Assembly: GCF_031769215.1 (NCBI RefSeq) | Contig: NW_026781896.1 | Location: 1,240,001 to 1,304,000 of the forward strand | Direction: 5' to 3' | DNA length: 64,000 nt | From: Ylistrum balloti | Lineage: Eukaryota | Part shown: piece by piece, positions 39,201-53,616 of the stretch | Layout of the letters: the number at the start of each line of letters is the position of its first letter | How positions within the stretch are numbered: the first letter of the stretch is position 1 | Translations under genes and position numbers: made by a program | Notes under the pieces: model-generated | The model's database searches: none | Seen by the model: the letters and a program-made list of their open reading frames with translations, nothing else | What the model was told of the DNA's origin: nothing

Positions 39201-40569
39201 TATTTATTGTACATTAAACCATGCTTTGACGACAAGCACAACTGATATCCAGCCCAAAGAGTCACCAACAAAATCCACAAAGTTACAGGTCAGAACGGGA
39301 TTTACCCTGAAGCACATCAAACACACGTAGCTAAAAAACATCACTTTTTACCAGATGTCTTTTATTTTCACCGTTACTGTCAAAAGTTTAAACCTGCTGC
39401 TAACGTTTCACCACATATAAAACAGCTTTAATACCTATTGAAAAAAACAGATAGAAATTGAATTCAGATGTTTAAGTGAAACATACAGAATTGCAATTTT
39501 AACACATAGCATATTTCACTTTCGAGTCTTACCAGTACATGGACATCAGTATTTGAGACGACTCAAAGCAGTCATTTCCTACCTAATCACTAAAATCAAC
39601 AGATCCACTGTCTTTGTGCAAATCTCCCACTTGACATCCCAGACGATTTCATCAAGACTGGAATTATCTTCATGTGATACATGGGGGATAGGATATTATA
39701 TGGTATATTGATAGACTAGAAATCTCAATTGCCTCTTTGTTTCTCAGAGAAAGAAATTGATACATGGTCTGTTAGTTACACAGAGTCTGAAGTCTGTCAC
39801 CTAAATTGGCATGTAACTGTCACATTTTCTAAGGATTCATTTGAAAATTGTATCCTGTATGATATATATTTCAGTTGAAGCATGATGAACAAAAGACGGC
39901 AGATCTGTGGTCAGACTTAACCTAGTGTTAAATTCGGTTATTTAGGAATATCACAGAAGATAGCTCAACTGCTAATTCTTTTTTGTAAAGGAACCAAATT
40001 ATCTATCTTTTTTCAAAAGTTTTACTCTTTTCTCATAAAACATTGCATATTATTCAGTAAATGCTAAGCCTAAGTGAATGAAGGAGCACTTTGCATATTT
40101 GCATGATATAATTAGTCTCAAATGGGATAAGGGACTCTAAATTTTTTCATTAATCATCTTTACACAAATCATTTAAATAGGTCTTATCAATATATAAGTA
40201 TTGTGGTAATATTTTAATGAAAATTACCCATTGAAATTGTTGCCTAACATCTGGACAGATTGTTCACCTCTGTTCAACCTAAGACGTCATATTTTACAGT
40301 TTTGTTTATTGAGAAGAAGCCATGCAAATATTTGACCACAATGGACCACTATGACCTTAAAAGTGGATCAAGGTCATTTATATTAACAAATTTGATAGCC
40401 AATGACCTGGGAATCTCACATATGTAACATCAAGACACTAGACCTTGTAGATCTTTCAGAAAAATTTTCTCTGAATCTGAACCCTAACAAAAACATTTCC
40501 CACATTTTCTTTTTAATTGATATCAGTAGTAATTATAATACTAACTAAATATCATTACTATGTGCCTCT

Positions 40570-40960
40570 TGGTTATCAGCTCGACTGGTGAACTTATGTC
40601 ACACCGTGACCGTCACCAGTCAAGTTTTCCAATAAAACGACAAAGAAGATTTTGACCAACTTTGGTCAGAAGCATCCTTAGGCGAAGAGAGATTCAGTTT
40701 GGTATAAACAGTGAGGGTCCCAGCTCCTTCTTATCTCAATTTGGGGAAAAATGGAAATTCTTTAAAATCCTTCTTTATTTAGGAATGCCTGGATTCTGTC
40801 GCAATTTAGTCTAAAGCATTGTTGGGTAAAGGGGAATCAATTTCATATGAACAGTAGATCTCAGCCCATTGGCAGAAAGGGCCAATGGAGCATGGTATTA
40901 AAGCATGGGGAAATGAACCAGGATCTAAACACCATAATGGTGAAATGAACCACGTTGGAG
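40570..40960 (-). mobile_element. HINE-like element fragment, reverse orientation
   Basis: TTATCAGCTCGACTGGTGAACTTATGTCACACCGTGACCGTC start, and CCAACTTTGGTCAGAAGCATCCTTAGG core motifs. Confidence 0.45.
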
Positions 40961-41810
40961 GAAATTTAGGGTGGGGCTGGGCTATGGTAAAGGAAATCTT
41001 TTCAATTTTCTTTTTACTGATTAATTTTTTTCACTAATTGTTTTGCAATTCACCCTCATTCAGTCATATCAACACATAAAATACAACAAATATGTACAGT
41101 ATACAGTACACCTGTTTACTATCTCATAGCACTGTTTTTGACCTTAGCGTAGATATGATTATAGTATAGCGGAAAATGTTGATTCCTTATCATCTCATAC
41201 ACTAACCTAAGTCAGGTCTAGTACTGGTTGTGTACTATTGTCCTGGTTGTGGATATCAATAAAAAGCACAAGGGTAATGGATTATTAAGAATAATGTTTA
41301 ATTCAACAGTGCGTGCAATATAAAGGGAAATTTGACTTAAAAACTGGCTGATCAATATTCAATGGACAACAGGAGATTGTGTAAATTATCGAGTCGATTT
41401 TCACACACCATCTGTTTATCACTCTTTAACATCAGTATTAGTGTTTATTGTGTACTTACAATAGTACAACAGTCTAAATCTTTCACATTTAAGTCATCGT
41501 TTACATTCTACAGTAAGGTCTTCCCAGTACACTGACTTGTCCTCAAACTATTGATATAACTGTGTGTAAGACGATTTTAACTTTACAGGCATGAGAATCT
41601 ACACAGAACATCAATAAAGAAATCGAGCACATGTGGTGATAATGTGATCATTTAACAGGAAAATTTTTAGCTTCTATGATAGCTCTAATCACAGGCATGA
41701 AACACCAAGTATACAAGGTTTTTTATTTGGAGAATTTCAGTAATTCATTTGTCTCTTAATTACTTCATTTGTTTATCTCTGATTTATGTAGAATGATAAT
41801 CTTTAATGTT

Positions 41811-42275
41811 TAGACAGGTGACATCATGCTCTGTCCATTCACATCATCAACAGATAGACAGGTGACATCATGCTCTGTCCATTCACATCATCAACAGTTA
41901 GACAGGTGACATCATGCTCTGTCCATTCACATCATCAACAGTTAGACAGGTGACATCATGCTCTGTCCATTCACATCATCAACAGTTAGTCAGGCGACAT
42001 CATGCTCTGTCCATTCACATCATCAACAGATAGACAGGTGACATCATGCTCTGTCCATTCACATCATCAACAGTTAGTCAGGCGACATCATGCTCTGTCC
42101 ATTCACATCATCAACAGTTAGACAGGTGACACCACGCTCTGTCCATTCACATCATCAACAGTTAGACAGGTGACATCACACTCTGTCCATTCACATCATC
42201 AACAGTTAGACAGGCGACATTGTTCTCTGTCCATTCACATCATCAACAGTTAGACAGGTGACATCATGCTCTGTC
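41811..42275. repeat. Tandem array, 44-bp unit, about 10.5 copies
   Basis: Unit GACAGGTGACATCATGCTCTGTCCATTCACATCATCAACAGTTA. Confidence 0.96.
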
Positions 42276-43659
42276 TTTTGATTTTTTTAATTCATCAATG
42301 CTTCAACTGGTGATACTTGCATCCTCAGTTTGCAGATATTTTTTTTATTTTTTATTTTTTTATTTATTTATTTTGTTTTTTTTTATATCCTCTAAAAACA
42401 TGTAAGATTCATCTTTCTATTAATATCCATTTGCAGATATAAACTAAACGATTATGATTATTGTTTCTAATTATACACAGTTATGTTTTCTTCTGTTAAT
42501 ATAGTTCAAAAGATCAGTACAGATTCATCTGACAGCCAGATCAAGTTGATAACTTGATACAAGCATAGATAATTGATATTACAGCAAATAAGATTTTAAA
42601 TTAACGAGGTTGAAGCTGTAGTACTTTATCAGTTCACAACATAACAGATCATTGCTCTTCCCTAGTCCGAGATGACTCGTTAAAATTTCGAACTCCTTAA
42701 CGACAGCTAGCCTGTACCCAATGAAGACCACAACTAAATATCACAGACGATAGAATCAAAAGGAAATCATCAATCTATCCTAAATTCCCTACGTCTGTAA
42801 ACTGACCCAACTCAGGAAAGCATGCCCTTTCGATTAAGCAAGCAGAAAACAGATTGACTTTGATGCTTATCCAGTCAGATAGCTTCTGCCTTCTGCTCCT
42901 TGACAGGCTTCAATCAATACCTGGAAGATGGCACTTGAACACAATATTGGATTGTCATTGACAGCCAAGCCCTATTACCCACGCACAATGGATACAATTG
43001 TAATCCCTCCACAGGATGAAGGACCTTAATTTATAGAAATTACACTTTATCACACTGAAGCACTGGCAGTGCAAGAAATTAACTATTAGTCGTATTACCA
43101 TAACTAAATTGTGAAGGCATAATGTCAGTCACATTCAGTTTATGTTGTTTGATGTTGATTGTAAATGTGAAAATATTTCATTATAAACATCTGATCACCA
43201 AATCACCATTTCTGAATTTGGAATGAAATATCATCTGCGACCATTGACTTCATTTGTCAGACTTTGAGGAAAATGTTGCTTCCCTAACTTCTTGTGTATT
43301 GCCCATTCTGTTAGATTGCCTGCACTAACCTTAACAACTGTTTGAAGTATTTGATTCTGCAAATAGCTTGCTCCAGTGCATTGCCCCTGGGTTATCTGCT
43401 ACTAATCATATATAATTGTGTTATGAAGTACCCATAACACTACCTGGGTGACCCCGCAATACATGGTTTGTATTGCAGGTATTATTACCTTTACAGTGAA
43501 CAGTGTCAATAAACAAGAGATGGGTGATCAACAAAGTGATGATGACATACCCCTAGAGATTGTGAGGCGGGACAGCGGGATAGGGAACAGCTAGGATCTT
43601 GTTATGTATGGTGCAGTGTATATACACAACAGGAGAGAGAGCACTGGTAGTTTTGTTCT

Positions 43660-44830
43660 GTAAATGTAGGGCTGTTTTAAAAACCATGCAATCAATGTCT
43701 TTACATGCACAACTGTCTGGTAGATTGTTCCAGTCCTATACAATTTCAGGGAAGAAAGAGATTTTGTAGAGATCTGAGCACTAAATTTCAGGGAAGAAAG
43801 AGATTTTGCAGAGATCTGAGCACTACAATTTCAGGGAAGAAAGAGATTTTGTAGAGATCTGAGCACTTCAATTTCAGGGAAGAAAGAGATTTTGCAGAGA
43901 TGTGTCCTGGAATAAAAGCTCTTGTTACTGATCTTTTGTCTATCAATGGCATTTGACACATGTTGCTTTCCTCGGGTGTTTTCCACATATTTGGGTGATA
44001 CATGTGTCCCACAACCACCTTGTAGAAGAAGGGAGTCAAATTTCCTTCCTCTGGTCTGGAGTGGTGGAAGTACAAGATGTTGTAACAAACGGGCAATGCC
44101 TCCTGGGTCCAGTGAGGTATAATCACCTTGCACAAATCGTGAGGCCTATCGTTGGACTCGCTCAGGATTGTCAGTGTCCTTAATGAAATAGTGATTCAAT
44201 ACAACACAGCTGTACTCAAGCATGGAATGTATGAGTGCTAGGAATGCTGTTTTCCTGAAGGATGCCTGACAATGCCTTATGTTCCTCCTCATGAATCCGA
44301 GAATTAAGTTAGTCTTCTTCGTTACCTTGGAAATATGGGAATCAAATTAAAAACTATCAGACATGGTAACTAAGAGGTACTTGGTTTCTTTGACTTGTTG
44401 AGGGATGTGATGATCGAGTTGGTAGATGTGTGAAAAATGACTGTTGACATTCATTATAACACACTTCTTTACATTGAACTTCATACTCCAGGTAGCCGCC
44501 CATATCGCCAACTCTGCTAAACTTTTCTGGAGCTACGCATGATCAGCCATGCTCCTTTTACTCCTGTACAGTATACAGAAGAGATGACTTAACTGTGACC
44601 AAAAGGTCATTTATATAGCCCAGGAATAAAATTGGTCCTAATGCCATACATTGAGGGGAGACTGGAAGTTACATGGACAGACGTTGACTCTCAGCTATCA
44701 ACTACCACCTGCATGTTCCAATTGGATAGAAAATTCCCTTGTCAGTTGTCCAATAAACCAACCAAGCCATATTAATGCATCTTAAGCAGAAATTTGTTGT
44801 GTGGTTCCATATCAAAGGCTAAATGAAAAA
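43660..44830 (-). mobile_element. CR1/L2-like non-LTR retrotransposon, degenerate RT and ORF2 C-terminus
   Basis: Minus-strand fragments read AFD..PH..LL, VVVD, LGPILFLGYINDL, WAATWSMKFNVKKC, KTNLILGFMRRNIRHC, LEYS...ERVQR*ASRFV and YKISFFPEIV*DWNNLP. All are typical CR1-clade RT/ORF2 motifs, here with many stops. Confidence 0.88.
43741..43900. repeat. Tandem array, 42-43-bp unit, about 3.7 copies, inside the LINE
   Basis: Unit CAATTTCAGGGAAGAAAGAGATTTTGTAGAGATCTGAGCACTA. Confidence 0.92.
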
Positions 44831-46529
44831 ATATTAATAAGAGTCTCCATTCAATCATTTCAACACAAAAATGAATGAAAGAAAAATAGGAGCCAAGATG
44901 GCACCCGCCATTACCTGATCTTTATTTGTTCTTCAAAAATAACTATCAATTGAGCAGACCAGAAGTGTCTTGAGGGCTACTGAAATGATCAAAATTCAAG
45001 AAAACTTTGGTTTTGGATCTAACTTTAAAGACTGTTATTGGATCTCAAGTTTTCCCTCTTTTCCTCATATCTGATCATAGTTGTAGTGTCTTCAGTAATA
45101 ACAAATATATTTCACACAAGCGTGTCTAATATCTTAATATCTTTCACCAGTGCATAGCTTGAGTGAAAGATACAGAATATACATGACAAAATATAGCCTC
45201 TTTTTTTTTTTTAATCCTTAAAAATATGTAAAACAAAAATAAAATTCAATGTAATTTACAACATTTACAACATCTAAAAAGTTTGAAAGATATCAAACTA
45301 ACAGGAGATATCAAGACAAGAGTAGAGATAGCAAAAGGGGCAGTATCTCTTAAAAATGATGATCAACTTGTCATTCAGAAAGAGACTTCATGTCATAACT
45401 ACCGAAGAGATTGGTTAAAAACTTTGAAAGGAGGTCTAGCCCTGGATAAAATGACAGACAAGCAGACACCTCCTCTTAGCATACTGTAATCTAACAGGTC
45501 CTTCAGCCCAGCGGGAGACCTAAAAACCAATCTACCAGCCATTTTGTTTTTCAATCAATACCATTAGTTAATATGAACGACTGAGGTGGACCGATATATG
45601 AAGTTTGAGAATGCAGAAATTTTCAACTTTATAGCACTGACAAAGTATAAACGGTCAAAATTTAAGATGGAAGAATGGACAGCAAGGCTACTAAATGAAA
45701 ATCTACCCTAAATGTCATAAAATCAGAGAAATATACAAGATCACTGAACCATAACAAATAACACTGATGCTAACTAAGTGTATCAATTTATCATCTAATA
45801 TGTACTCACATGGACTCATGGTTCACTGCAAATGTAAACATGTTGATGTAAATCCAATTATTTTTTATTTCAGTTTACCAATGCATTTTATTTTGTATAG
45901 TAATAAAAAGGCACACAGAAAAGGCTTGGAGCTACTAGTAATTTCATATGTATGGGATGCTTTTAAACCATGAAATAGTTTTTCTGTTATACAATTTTCA
46001 ACACATTAGATACTGAGCCTTTTCAATCAGGTGATCGCAGTTTGAACAACAACTGCAAATTTAGATTAGGCATCCGATAGAAACCAATATATCAAGCTAA
46101 ATATTCATATTGGCCAGACACAAACAAAACAGATTCCATTGCTGTTGTTTTTAGTTGAATGGTTAAGCCATTGCACTGTTCTAAATTTCAATTTAAGCCT
46201 GATCGAATCGTTAGATATTGAGTTTCACATACAGTTTTCAATTATTAACTTTACAGAGTGTTGCTCTTTCTGCTTTTCATCAAATGAAAACTAATTTATT
46301 TTCTGTTTTGGATGTTATTTCTGAATAACTGTAACTTCGGGGTGATTACAGGTTATACAGAGCTTTTTAGAGTTTAAAGCTTTATTTAGTTTCTCAATGA
46401 AAGAAATGTTCAGTAGACACATTTACCACTAAATCATCAAGTGTGACACATAGCTTTTCATGCGTGCAAGCTAGTGTTATGTTGTGCTTAGGTCATCCTT
46501 TACTTCTTTGCATATCATGTCATATTTGT

Positions 46530-47167
46530 TTGAATTGTCAATATGTCATATCACAGTTGTTTGTATTTTCAACTTGTCAAATTTTGTTTCTGTTGTCAAT
46601 ATGTCATGTCACTTGTTTGTTTGTCAATATGTCTTGTCACATGTTTGCATTGTCAATATTTCTGGTCACATTTTTAAGCACTGTCAACATGTCAGGTTAC
46701 ATTTGTTTATTTTGTCAGTGTGCCGTGTCACTTTAAGTTGTCAATACGACAGGCCACATGTTTGTGTTGTCAATATGTCAGGTCACATCTGTTTGTGTTG
46801 TCAACATGTCAGGTCACATTTGTTTGTGTTGTCAATATGACAGGTCACATTTGTTTGTGTTGTCAATATGACAGGTCACATTTGTTTGTGTTGTCAATAT
46901 GACAGGTCACATTTGCATTGCCAATGTCAGGTTATGCTTGTTTGTGTTGTCAATATGTCAAACCTTGTTTGTTTTTGTTGTCAATATGTCATGTCACTTG
47001 TTTGTATGCCAATGTCAGGTCGTGTTTGTCTGTGGTGTCAGCATGGCAGGTCACATTTGTTTCTGTTGTCAATATATCAGGTCACATTTGTTTCTGTTGT
47101 CAATATATCAGGTCACATTTGTTTCTGTTGTCAATATATCAGGTCACATTTGTTTCTGTTGTCAATA
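46530..47167. repeat. Tandem array, ~31-bp unit, about 20 copies
   Basis: Unit TTGTCAATATGTCAGGTCACATTTGTTTGTG. It accounts for the Cys/Val-rich ORFs at 46443-47254. Confidence 0.92.
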
Positions 47168-49593
47168 GTTTGTATTGTCTTTATTTCTGTACTTAACAGA
47201 TTTTACATCCACTATCTTTGCCTTTTGACATTGCAGTGGATCATTGTGTTGTGAATTCCTATGTCAATATCCATAGGTCATGTTTGATTGTTTAACTGCT
47301 AGCCCCAACTACTGTCACTAAATACTCTTTGACATATACAGCTTCTTTCAGAACTGTTATGAAGCCAACAAATAACATTGTTATGTAGCTCACTTAGTTT
47401 TTAAAGTTTTTTTTCGTTTTTTTTCAAACACATGTTCATAATCATAATTATCATAACTCAATCACATGAATAAATATATCAGTTAAATGCTAATGAAAAA
47501 TGGCAAGATCTGAACTTATGGATGGTACTACCAGCTTACAGAGAAATACTACCAAGTTTGTTCATCACCAAACACTGCTGACCTTTACCATCATATAAAA
47601 TAATAAATATGCCCTTCATTATTGTAAGATCGCCTCGAGATCACATGATAATGTTCATGAGTAAGCCTCACAGCTTACTGAACTCTCCACTATCTGTACT
47701 CCTTAAGTCAAATATCCTCATCCTAAGCCTTGAGGAACTTAAAAAGATTTCAAAATCATTAACCCTTATTGTATAGATTATCTTTGAACGACAAGCTTTA
47801 CAATGGGTCTGTACTACACACCTCTGTGAGCAATCTCTTTGAAGAATACTCACTCTACAGACAAAACATTATCTTCATCACATCCTGTTTCATGCCTAAT
47901 ATCTTGACCGTGTAAGTATATAGACTTCAAAAGGAAATGGTTATTGAGAAGTCTGAAAGAAAGGATTAACACATGCTTCCAGATAACAATGAAAAGGACA
48001 TCACGCCAGTGAAACATTTAATAGGAACCCTGTTTAAAACCCTATCTAAGCACTGAAAAGTCAGACACGGAATGAAGATAAACATTTTGCCATTATAGTT
48101 GAAGATAACTTATTGGGCATGATTTTCATTTGCTCACATTTTATAAAACAAGGGCAAACGGCAATAGGAAACCATTTTAACCCATTTTTTATTAAGTGGG
48201 AAAATGGGGATACAGTTGCTTATTTTGACCTAAATGAGCTTGTTGATGTGAAAATTGTGCTGAGACTCAGAATTTGCCAAAGGCAAACAATGCTTTCTTA
48301 ACTAGCTATAATCTGGAAGCATTCAAAGCCATTTTAAAAAAAAAAGAATTTTTTTCCTTCACTTACAGAATTGCTTTCGACCAGAATAATTTATCTTATT
48401 GATAATTTGTATAACATATGAAAACATTGGAGATTTGATAAATTCAGTAAACAATATACAGCCCTAGGCTATGACAATCCTATATAACAACCAAAAACCA
48501 CCTCAACTTGCAGTCTAACTTTTTAAAAGTACAAACAAAACAATTAAACATCCTTCATTTATCAATCCTTCCCTTCTAGTTGGTAATGTATTATGTTAAA
48601 ATAACCAGATTTTTTTTTACATAGTTTTGTAAAAATCATATAAGGAACATGTTGTGTTAAACACAATAAAATATTGTATTGTTTTCATTTTTCAAAAAAA
48701 CAATTTCAAATATAAATCATTTAATTTCATTTAAACTTTAAAAACGAATTGATATTTCCTTTTTGAAAATACACATATGATGCAAATTTGATATTTGATA
48801 GAAAGACACTTTCGGTTCAGAATGTCATAAACACTTCGTAGTGGTTAAAAATTGAGGGGTTGGTTGGTGGAATTTACACTTATGATCATACATAATTCAT
48901 TTCACAAGTAATCTTATATGCCATTATTAAATCCTGTTAGATTAGTATAACATGGCCGCTAATGTAATATAATCTACATTATGGCTAAATTTCACACTCC
49001 AGTACAGAAATCATATTAAACACATTTCCTCCATATTCACAAGAAAACAATAAAACTATCCTGACAAGTTTATTGTTATCATAAATTCATAGTGTGTATA
49101 AACATCTGAAAAAGGTGGTGTCAGGCTCAGAAATATTTCACAGTTATCAGGTGATTAATCTAAAGATAATTGATTAAATCCACTATGGAAAATATTGAAG
49201 TCGGACATTTAATAGGAGTTGTTAAAACTGCTCCCTCTTCAGCTATAAGACAACATAATTTTATTGAATTCAAATTGAAATTTCATCACAAATCTAAAGG
49301 TTTTGTACTATCTAATCATAACAATATAAAAATTAGATTAATTCTATTTCAATCTTTCAATCTGCTTTCCATGGTTTTGGCTGCTGCTATACTCTCATCA
49401 CCACGTCAGTAACAGCTGAATATGAATTGCATTGTGATGATATTAACATTAACAAAACTACAATTTGAAACTTTCTACTTAATTTTTAAAAGGAATTCAA
49501 AGTAACAACTACCGAGCAAGTACATATTGTCACACCATCACAATCAAGGACATATTATCACATGTTAAGGACAAACTGTCAGTTCAAGAACAT

Positions 49594-50299
49594 ATATTGT
49601 CACACCTGCAGGTTCAGTGAAATACACTTGGTATTGTCACACCTACAAGTTCAGGGACATACACTTGGTATTGTCACACCTACAGGTTCATTGAAATACA
49701 CTTGGTATTGTCACACCTACAGGTTCATTGAAATACACTTGGTATTGTCACACCTACATGTTCAGTGAAATACACTTGGTATTGTCACACCTGCATGTTC
49801 AGTGAAATACACTTGGTATTGTCACACCTACAGGTTCAGATTATATTGTCACACCTACAGGTTCAGTGAAATACACTTGGTATTGTCACACCTACAGGTT
49901 CAGGAACATACACTTGGTATTGTTACACATACAAGTTCAGTAACATATATTGCCACACCTGCAGGTTCATGGACGTACATTTGGTATTCGCAAACCTACA
50001 GGTTCAGGAAAATACACCTGGAATTGTTACATCTACAGGTTCAGGAACAAACACTTGGTATTGTCACACCTACAGGTTCATGAACATACACTTGGTATTG
50101 TCACACCTACAGGCTCAGGAACATACATTTGGTATTGGCAAACCTACAGGTTCAAGAAAATACAATTGGTATTGTCACACCAACAGGTTCATAAACATAC
50201 ACTTGGTATTGTGACACCAACAGGCTCAGGAACACACACTTGGTATTGTCAAACCTACTTGTTCAGTGAAATACACTTGCTACTTTGAAACAATTATAT
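49594..50299. repeat. Tandem array, 37-38-bp unit, about 19 copies
   Basis: Unit GGTATTGTCACACCTACAGGTTCAGTGAAATACACTT. Confidence 0.93.
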
Positions 50300-50659
50300 T
50301 TCAGAGTTAGAGTTTTCACACCATCCTTGTGAGATACATACCTGATCTAGTGTTATACATAACAGATGCATCAGGAGCTAATTCAGTTATTTAGATAAGT
50401 AAAATGTCATATTCAGGTTGTAAATGCAGTGGTATGTTGGAAAATATGTCTTAAAACAGGTGTTAGCATACCTAAATTCAGAGGAATTTTCTTACCAACG
50501 TAATTAAAAGAATATACCAACACATTCTGCATTGTATACACATAGTTGTCATCTTACACCTACATATGTATACCTAAAGCTGCTAACTTTGACAGGTGAA
50601 AATTTGTGCTTTTCTTATAAAACAAAACAAATTAAATTTGATTGAATCAAAATTTTGCA

Positions 50660-51149
50660 ATATATATATCAAAGGACTTCTGAAATATTATGTGTCTCAT
50701 TATTTCATAGATTAGATTTTTGCAATTACATTTATGTACCCCAAATTAGAGAAAATGTCACCCTCATGATAATAACATGCTATATGGTACATATACTAAA
50801 CAAAAAAAGAAAGGTAACACTACTTTATTCTGTGATTAATTAATTAATCCCTTCATAAATCCTTACCAATCATGTATGAATAAAGTAATTGATCAATTCT
50901 GATAAAACTGCAGTCATGGTTCATTATAAAACTTTGTGTTCAGTTGATTTTATTCCACTGTAAAGGACGTTGGGGTCAATTTCAAAGGTAACACCATTAG
51001 TAACGGGTATGGCCACCGTTTGCAAAGTAAACAGCATTGCATCGTCGTCACATGGAACTCGTAAACTGGCGGATAATTCGAGGAGAGATGTTGTTCCATT
51101 CAGCGATCAAGGCTTGGGCCAGCTCCTGCAAGTTTCTGACTTGTACTCT
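50660..51149 (-). mobile_element. Tc1/mariner 3' fragment (transposase C-terminus 51149-50997 plus probable right arm)
   Basis: The minus frame reads RVQVRNLQELAQALIAEWNNISPRIIRQFTSSM*RRCNAVYFANGGHTRY*, the canonical Tc1 C-terminus (EW..I....I..L..SM..RC.AV..A.GGHT.Y). The left boundary is approximate. Confidence 0.85.
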
Positions 51150-51210
51150 TAAAAAATTATCACCTCAAAGAACTCGTTGACTAGAATGATTTGCAAGTAA
51201 ATATCTTAAG

Positions 51211-53485
51211 CATTGTTTAAGTATTAATTTACAGCGTTGTTGAAGTATTAGTTCACAGCGTTGTTGAAGTATTAGTTTACAGCGTTGTTGAAGTATTAGT
51301 TTACAGCGTTGTTGAAGTATTAGTTTACAGCGTTGTTGAAGTATTAGTTTACAGCATTGTTGAAGTATTAGTTTACAGCGTTGTTGAAGTATTAGTTTAG
51401 AGCATTGTTGAAGTATTAGTTTAGAGCATTGTTGAAGTATTAGTTTAGAGCGTTGTTGAAGTATTAGTTTAGAGCATTGTTGAAGTATTAGTTTACAGCG
51501 TTGTTGAAGTATTAGTTTACAGCGTTGTTGAAGTATTAGTTTAGAGCGTTGTTGAAGTATTAGTTTAGAGCATTGTTGAAGTATTAGTTTACAGCGTTGT
51601 TGAAGTATTAGTTTACAGCGTTGTTGAAGTATTAGTTTACAGCGTTGTTGAAGTATTAGTTTAGAGCGTTGTTGAAGTATTAGTTTACAGCGTTGTTGAA
51701 GTATTAGTTTAGAGCGTTGTTGAAGTATTAGTTTACAGCGTTGTTGAAGTATTAGTTTACAGCGTTGTTGAAGTATTAGTTTACATCGTTGTTGAAGTAT
51801 TAGTTTACAGCGTTGTTGAAGTATTAGTTTACAGCGTTGTTGAAGTATTAGTTTACAGCGTTGTTGAAGTATTAGTTTACAGCGTTGTTGAAGTATTAGT
51901 TTAGAGCGTTGTTGAAGTATTAGTTTAGAGCGTTGTTGAAGTATTAGTTTACAGCGTTGTTGAAGTATTAGTTTACAGCGTTGTTGAAGTATTAGTTTAG
52001 AGCGTTGTTGAAGTATTAGTTTAGAGCGTTGTTGAAGTATTAGTTTACAGCATTGTTGAAGTATTAGTTTAGAGCGTTGTTGAAGTATTAGTTTACAGCG
52101 TTGTTGAAGTATTAGTTTAGAGCGTTGTTGAAGTATTAGTTTAGAGCATTGTTGAAGTATTAGTTTACAGCGTTGTTGAAGTATTAGTTTACATCGTTGT
52201 TGAAGTATTAGTTTACAGCGTTGTTGAAGTATTAGTTTACAGCGTTGTTGAAGTATTACTTTAGAGCTTTGTTTAAGTATTAGTTTAGAGCGTTGTTGAA
52301 GTATTAGTTTAGAGCGTTGTTTAAGTATTAGTTTACAGCGTTGTTGAAGTATTAGTTTACAGCGTTGTTGAAGTATTAGTTTACAGCGTTGTTGAAGATT
52401 AGTTTACAGCGTTGTTGAAGTATTAGTTTAGAGCGTTGTTGAAGTATTAGTTTACAGCGTTGTTGAAGTATTAGTTTACAGCGTTGTTGAAGTATTAGTT
52501 TAGAGCGTTGTTGAAGTATTAGTTTACAGCGTTGTTGAAGTATTAGTTTAGAGCGTTGTTGAAGTATTAGTTTACAGCGTTGTTGAAGTATTAGTTTACA
52601 GCGTTGTTGAAGTATTAGTTTACAGCGTTGTTGAAGTATTAGTTTACAGCGTTGTTGAAGTATTAGTTTAGAGCGTTGTTGAAGTATTAGTTTAGAGCAT
52701 TGTTGAAGTATTAGTTTAGAGCATTGTTGAAGTATTAGTTTACAGCGTTGTTGAAGTATTAGTTTACAGCGTTGTTGAAGTATTAGTTTAGAGCGTTGTT
52801 GAAGTATTAGTTTAGAGCGTTGTTTAAGTATTAGTTTAGAGCGTTGTTTAAGTATTACTTTAGAGCGTTGTTTAAGTATTAGTTTAGAGCATTGTTTAAG
52901 TATTACTTTAGAGCGTTGTTTAAGTATTAGTTTAGAGCGTTGTTGAAGTATTACTTTAGAGCGTTGTTGAAGTATTAGTTTAGAGCATTGTTGAAGTATT
53001 AGTTTACAGCGTTGTTGAAGTATTAGTTTACAGCGTTGTTGAAGTATTACTTTAGAGCGTTGTTTAAGTATTAGTTTAGAGCGTTGTTGAAGTATTACTT
53101 TAGAGCGTTGTTGAAGTATTAGTTTAGAGCGTTGTTGAAGTATTAGTTTAGAGCGTTGTTGAAGTATTAGTTTAGAGCATTGTTGAAGTATTAGTTTACA
53201 GCGTTGTTGAAGTATTAGTTTACAGCGTTGTTGAAGTATTAGTTTACAGCGTTGTTGAAGTATTAGTTTAGAGCGTTGTTGAAGTATTAGTTTAGAGCAT
53301 TGTTGAAGTATTAGTTTAGAGCGTTGTTGAAGTATTAGTTTAGAGCATTGTTGAAGTATTAGTTTAGAGCGTTGTTTAAGTATTAGTTTAGAGCGTTGTT
53401 GAAGTATTACTTTAGAGCGTTGTTGAAGTATTAGTTTACAGCGTTGTTGAAGTATTAGTTTACAGCGTTGTTGAAGTATTACTTT
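51211..53485. repeat. Tandem array, 24-bp unit, about 95 copies
   Basis: Unit GTTGTTGAAGTATTAGTTTA(C/G)AGC, highly homogeneous. It is the source of the 396-aa LILQQR(C/S)K ORF. Confidence 0.98.
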
Positions 53486-53616
53486 AAAAGAAAGATGCCA
53501 CATAAATGCAGGTTCCAGAGTTAGTACTATTCTAAAATGTGCAAATTTTGAAAACATGATAAACAATAAAAATTTTTCTTCTTCTTTAAGTCAGAAAAAA
53601 TCCCTGAACTTTGGAC

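Noticed and set aside
46443-47254. Cys/His-rich ORFs resembling zinc fingers or metallothionein
   Set aside because: They are products of the 31-bp array and occur in all frames.
52376-53566. 396-aa ORF of LILQQR(C/S)K repeats
   Set aside because: It is a translation of a 24-bp satellite with no unique domain. Not called as a CDS; kept only as a low-priority finding.
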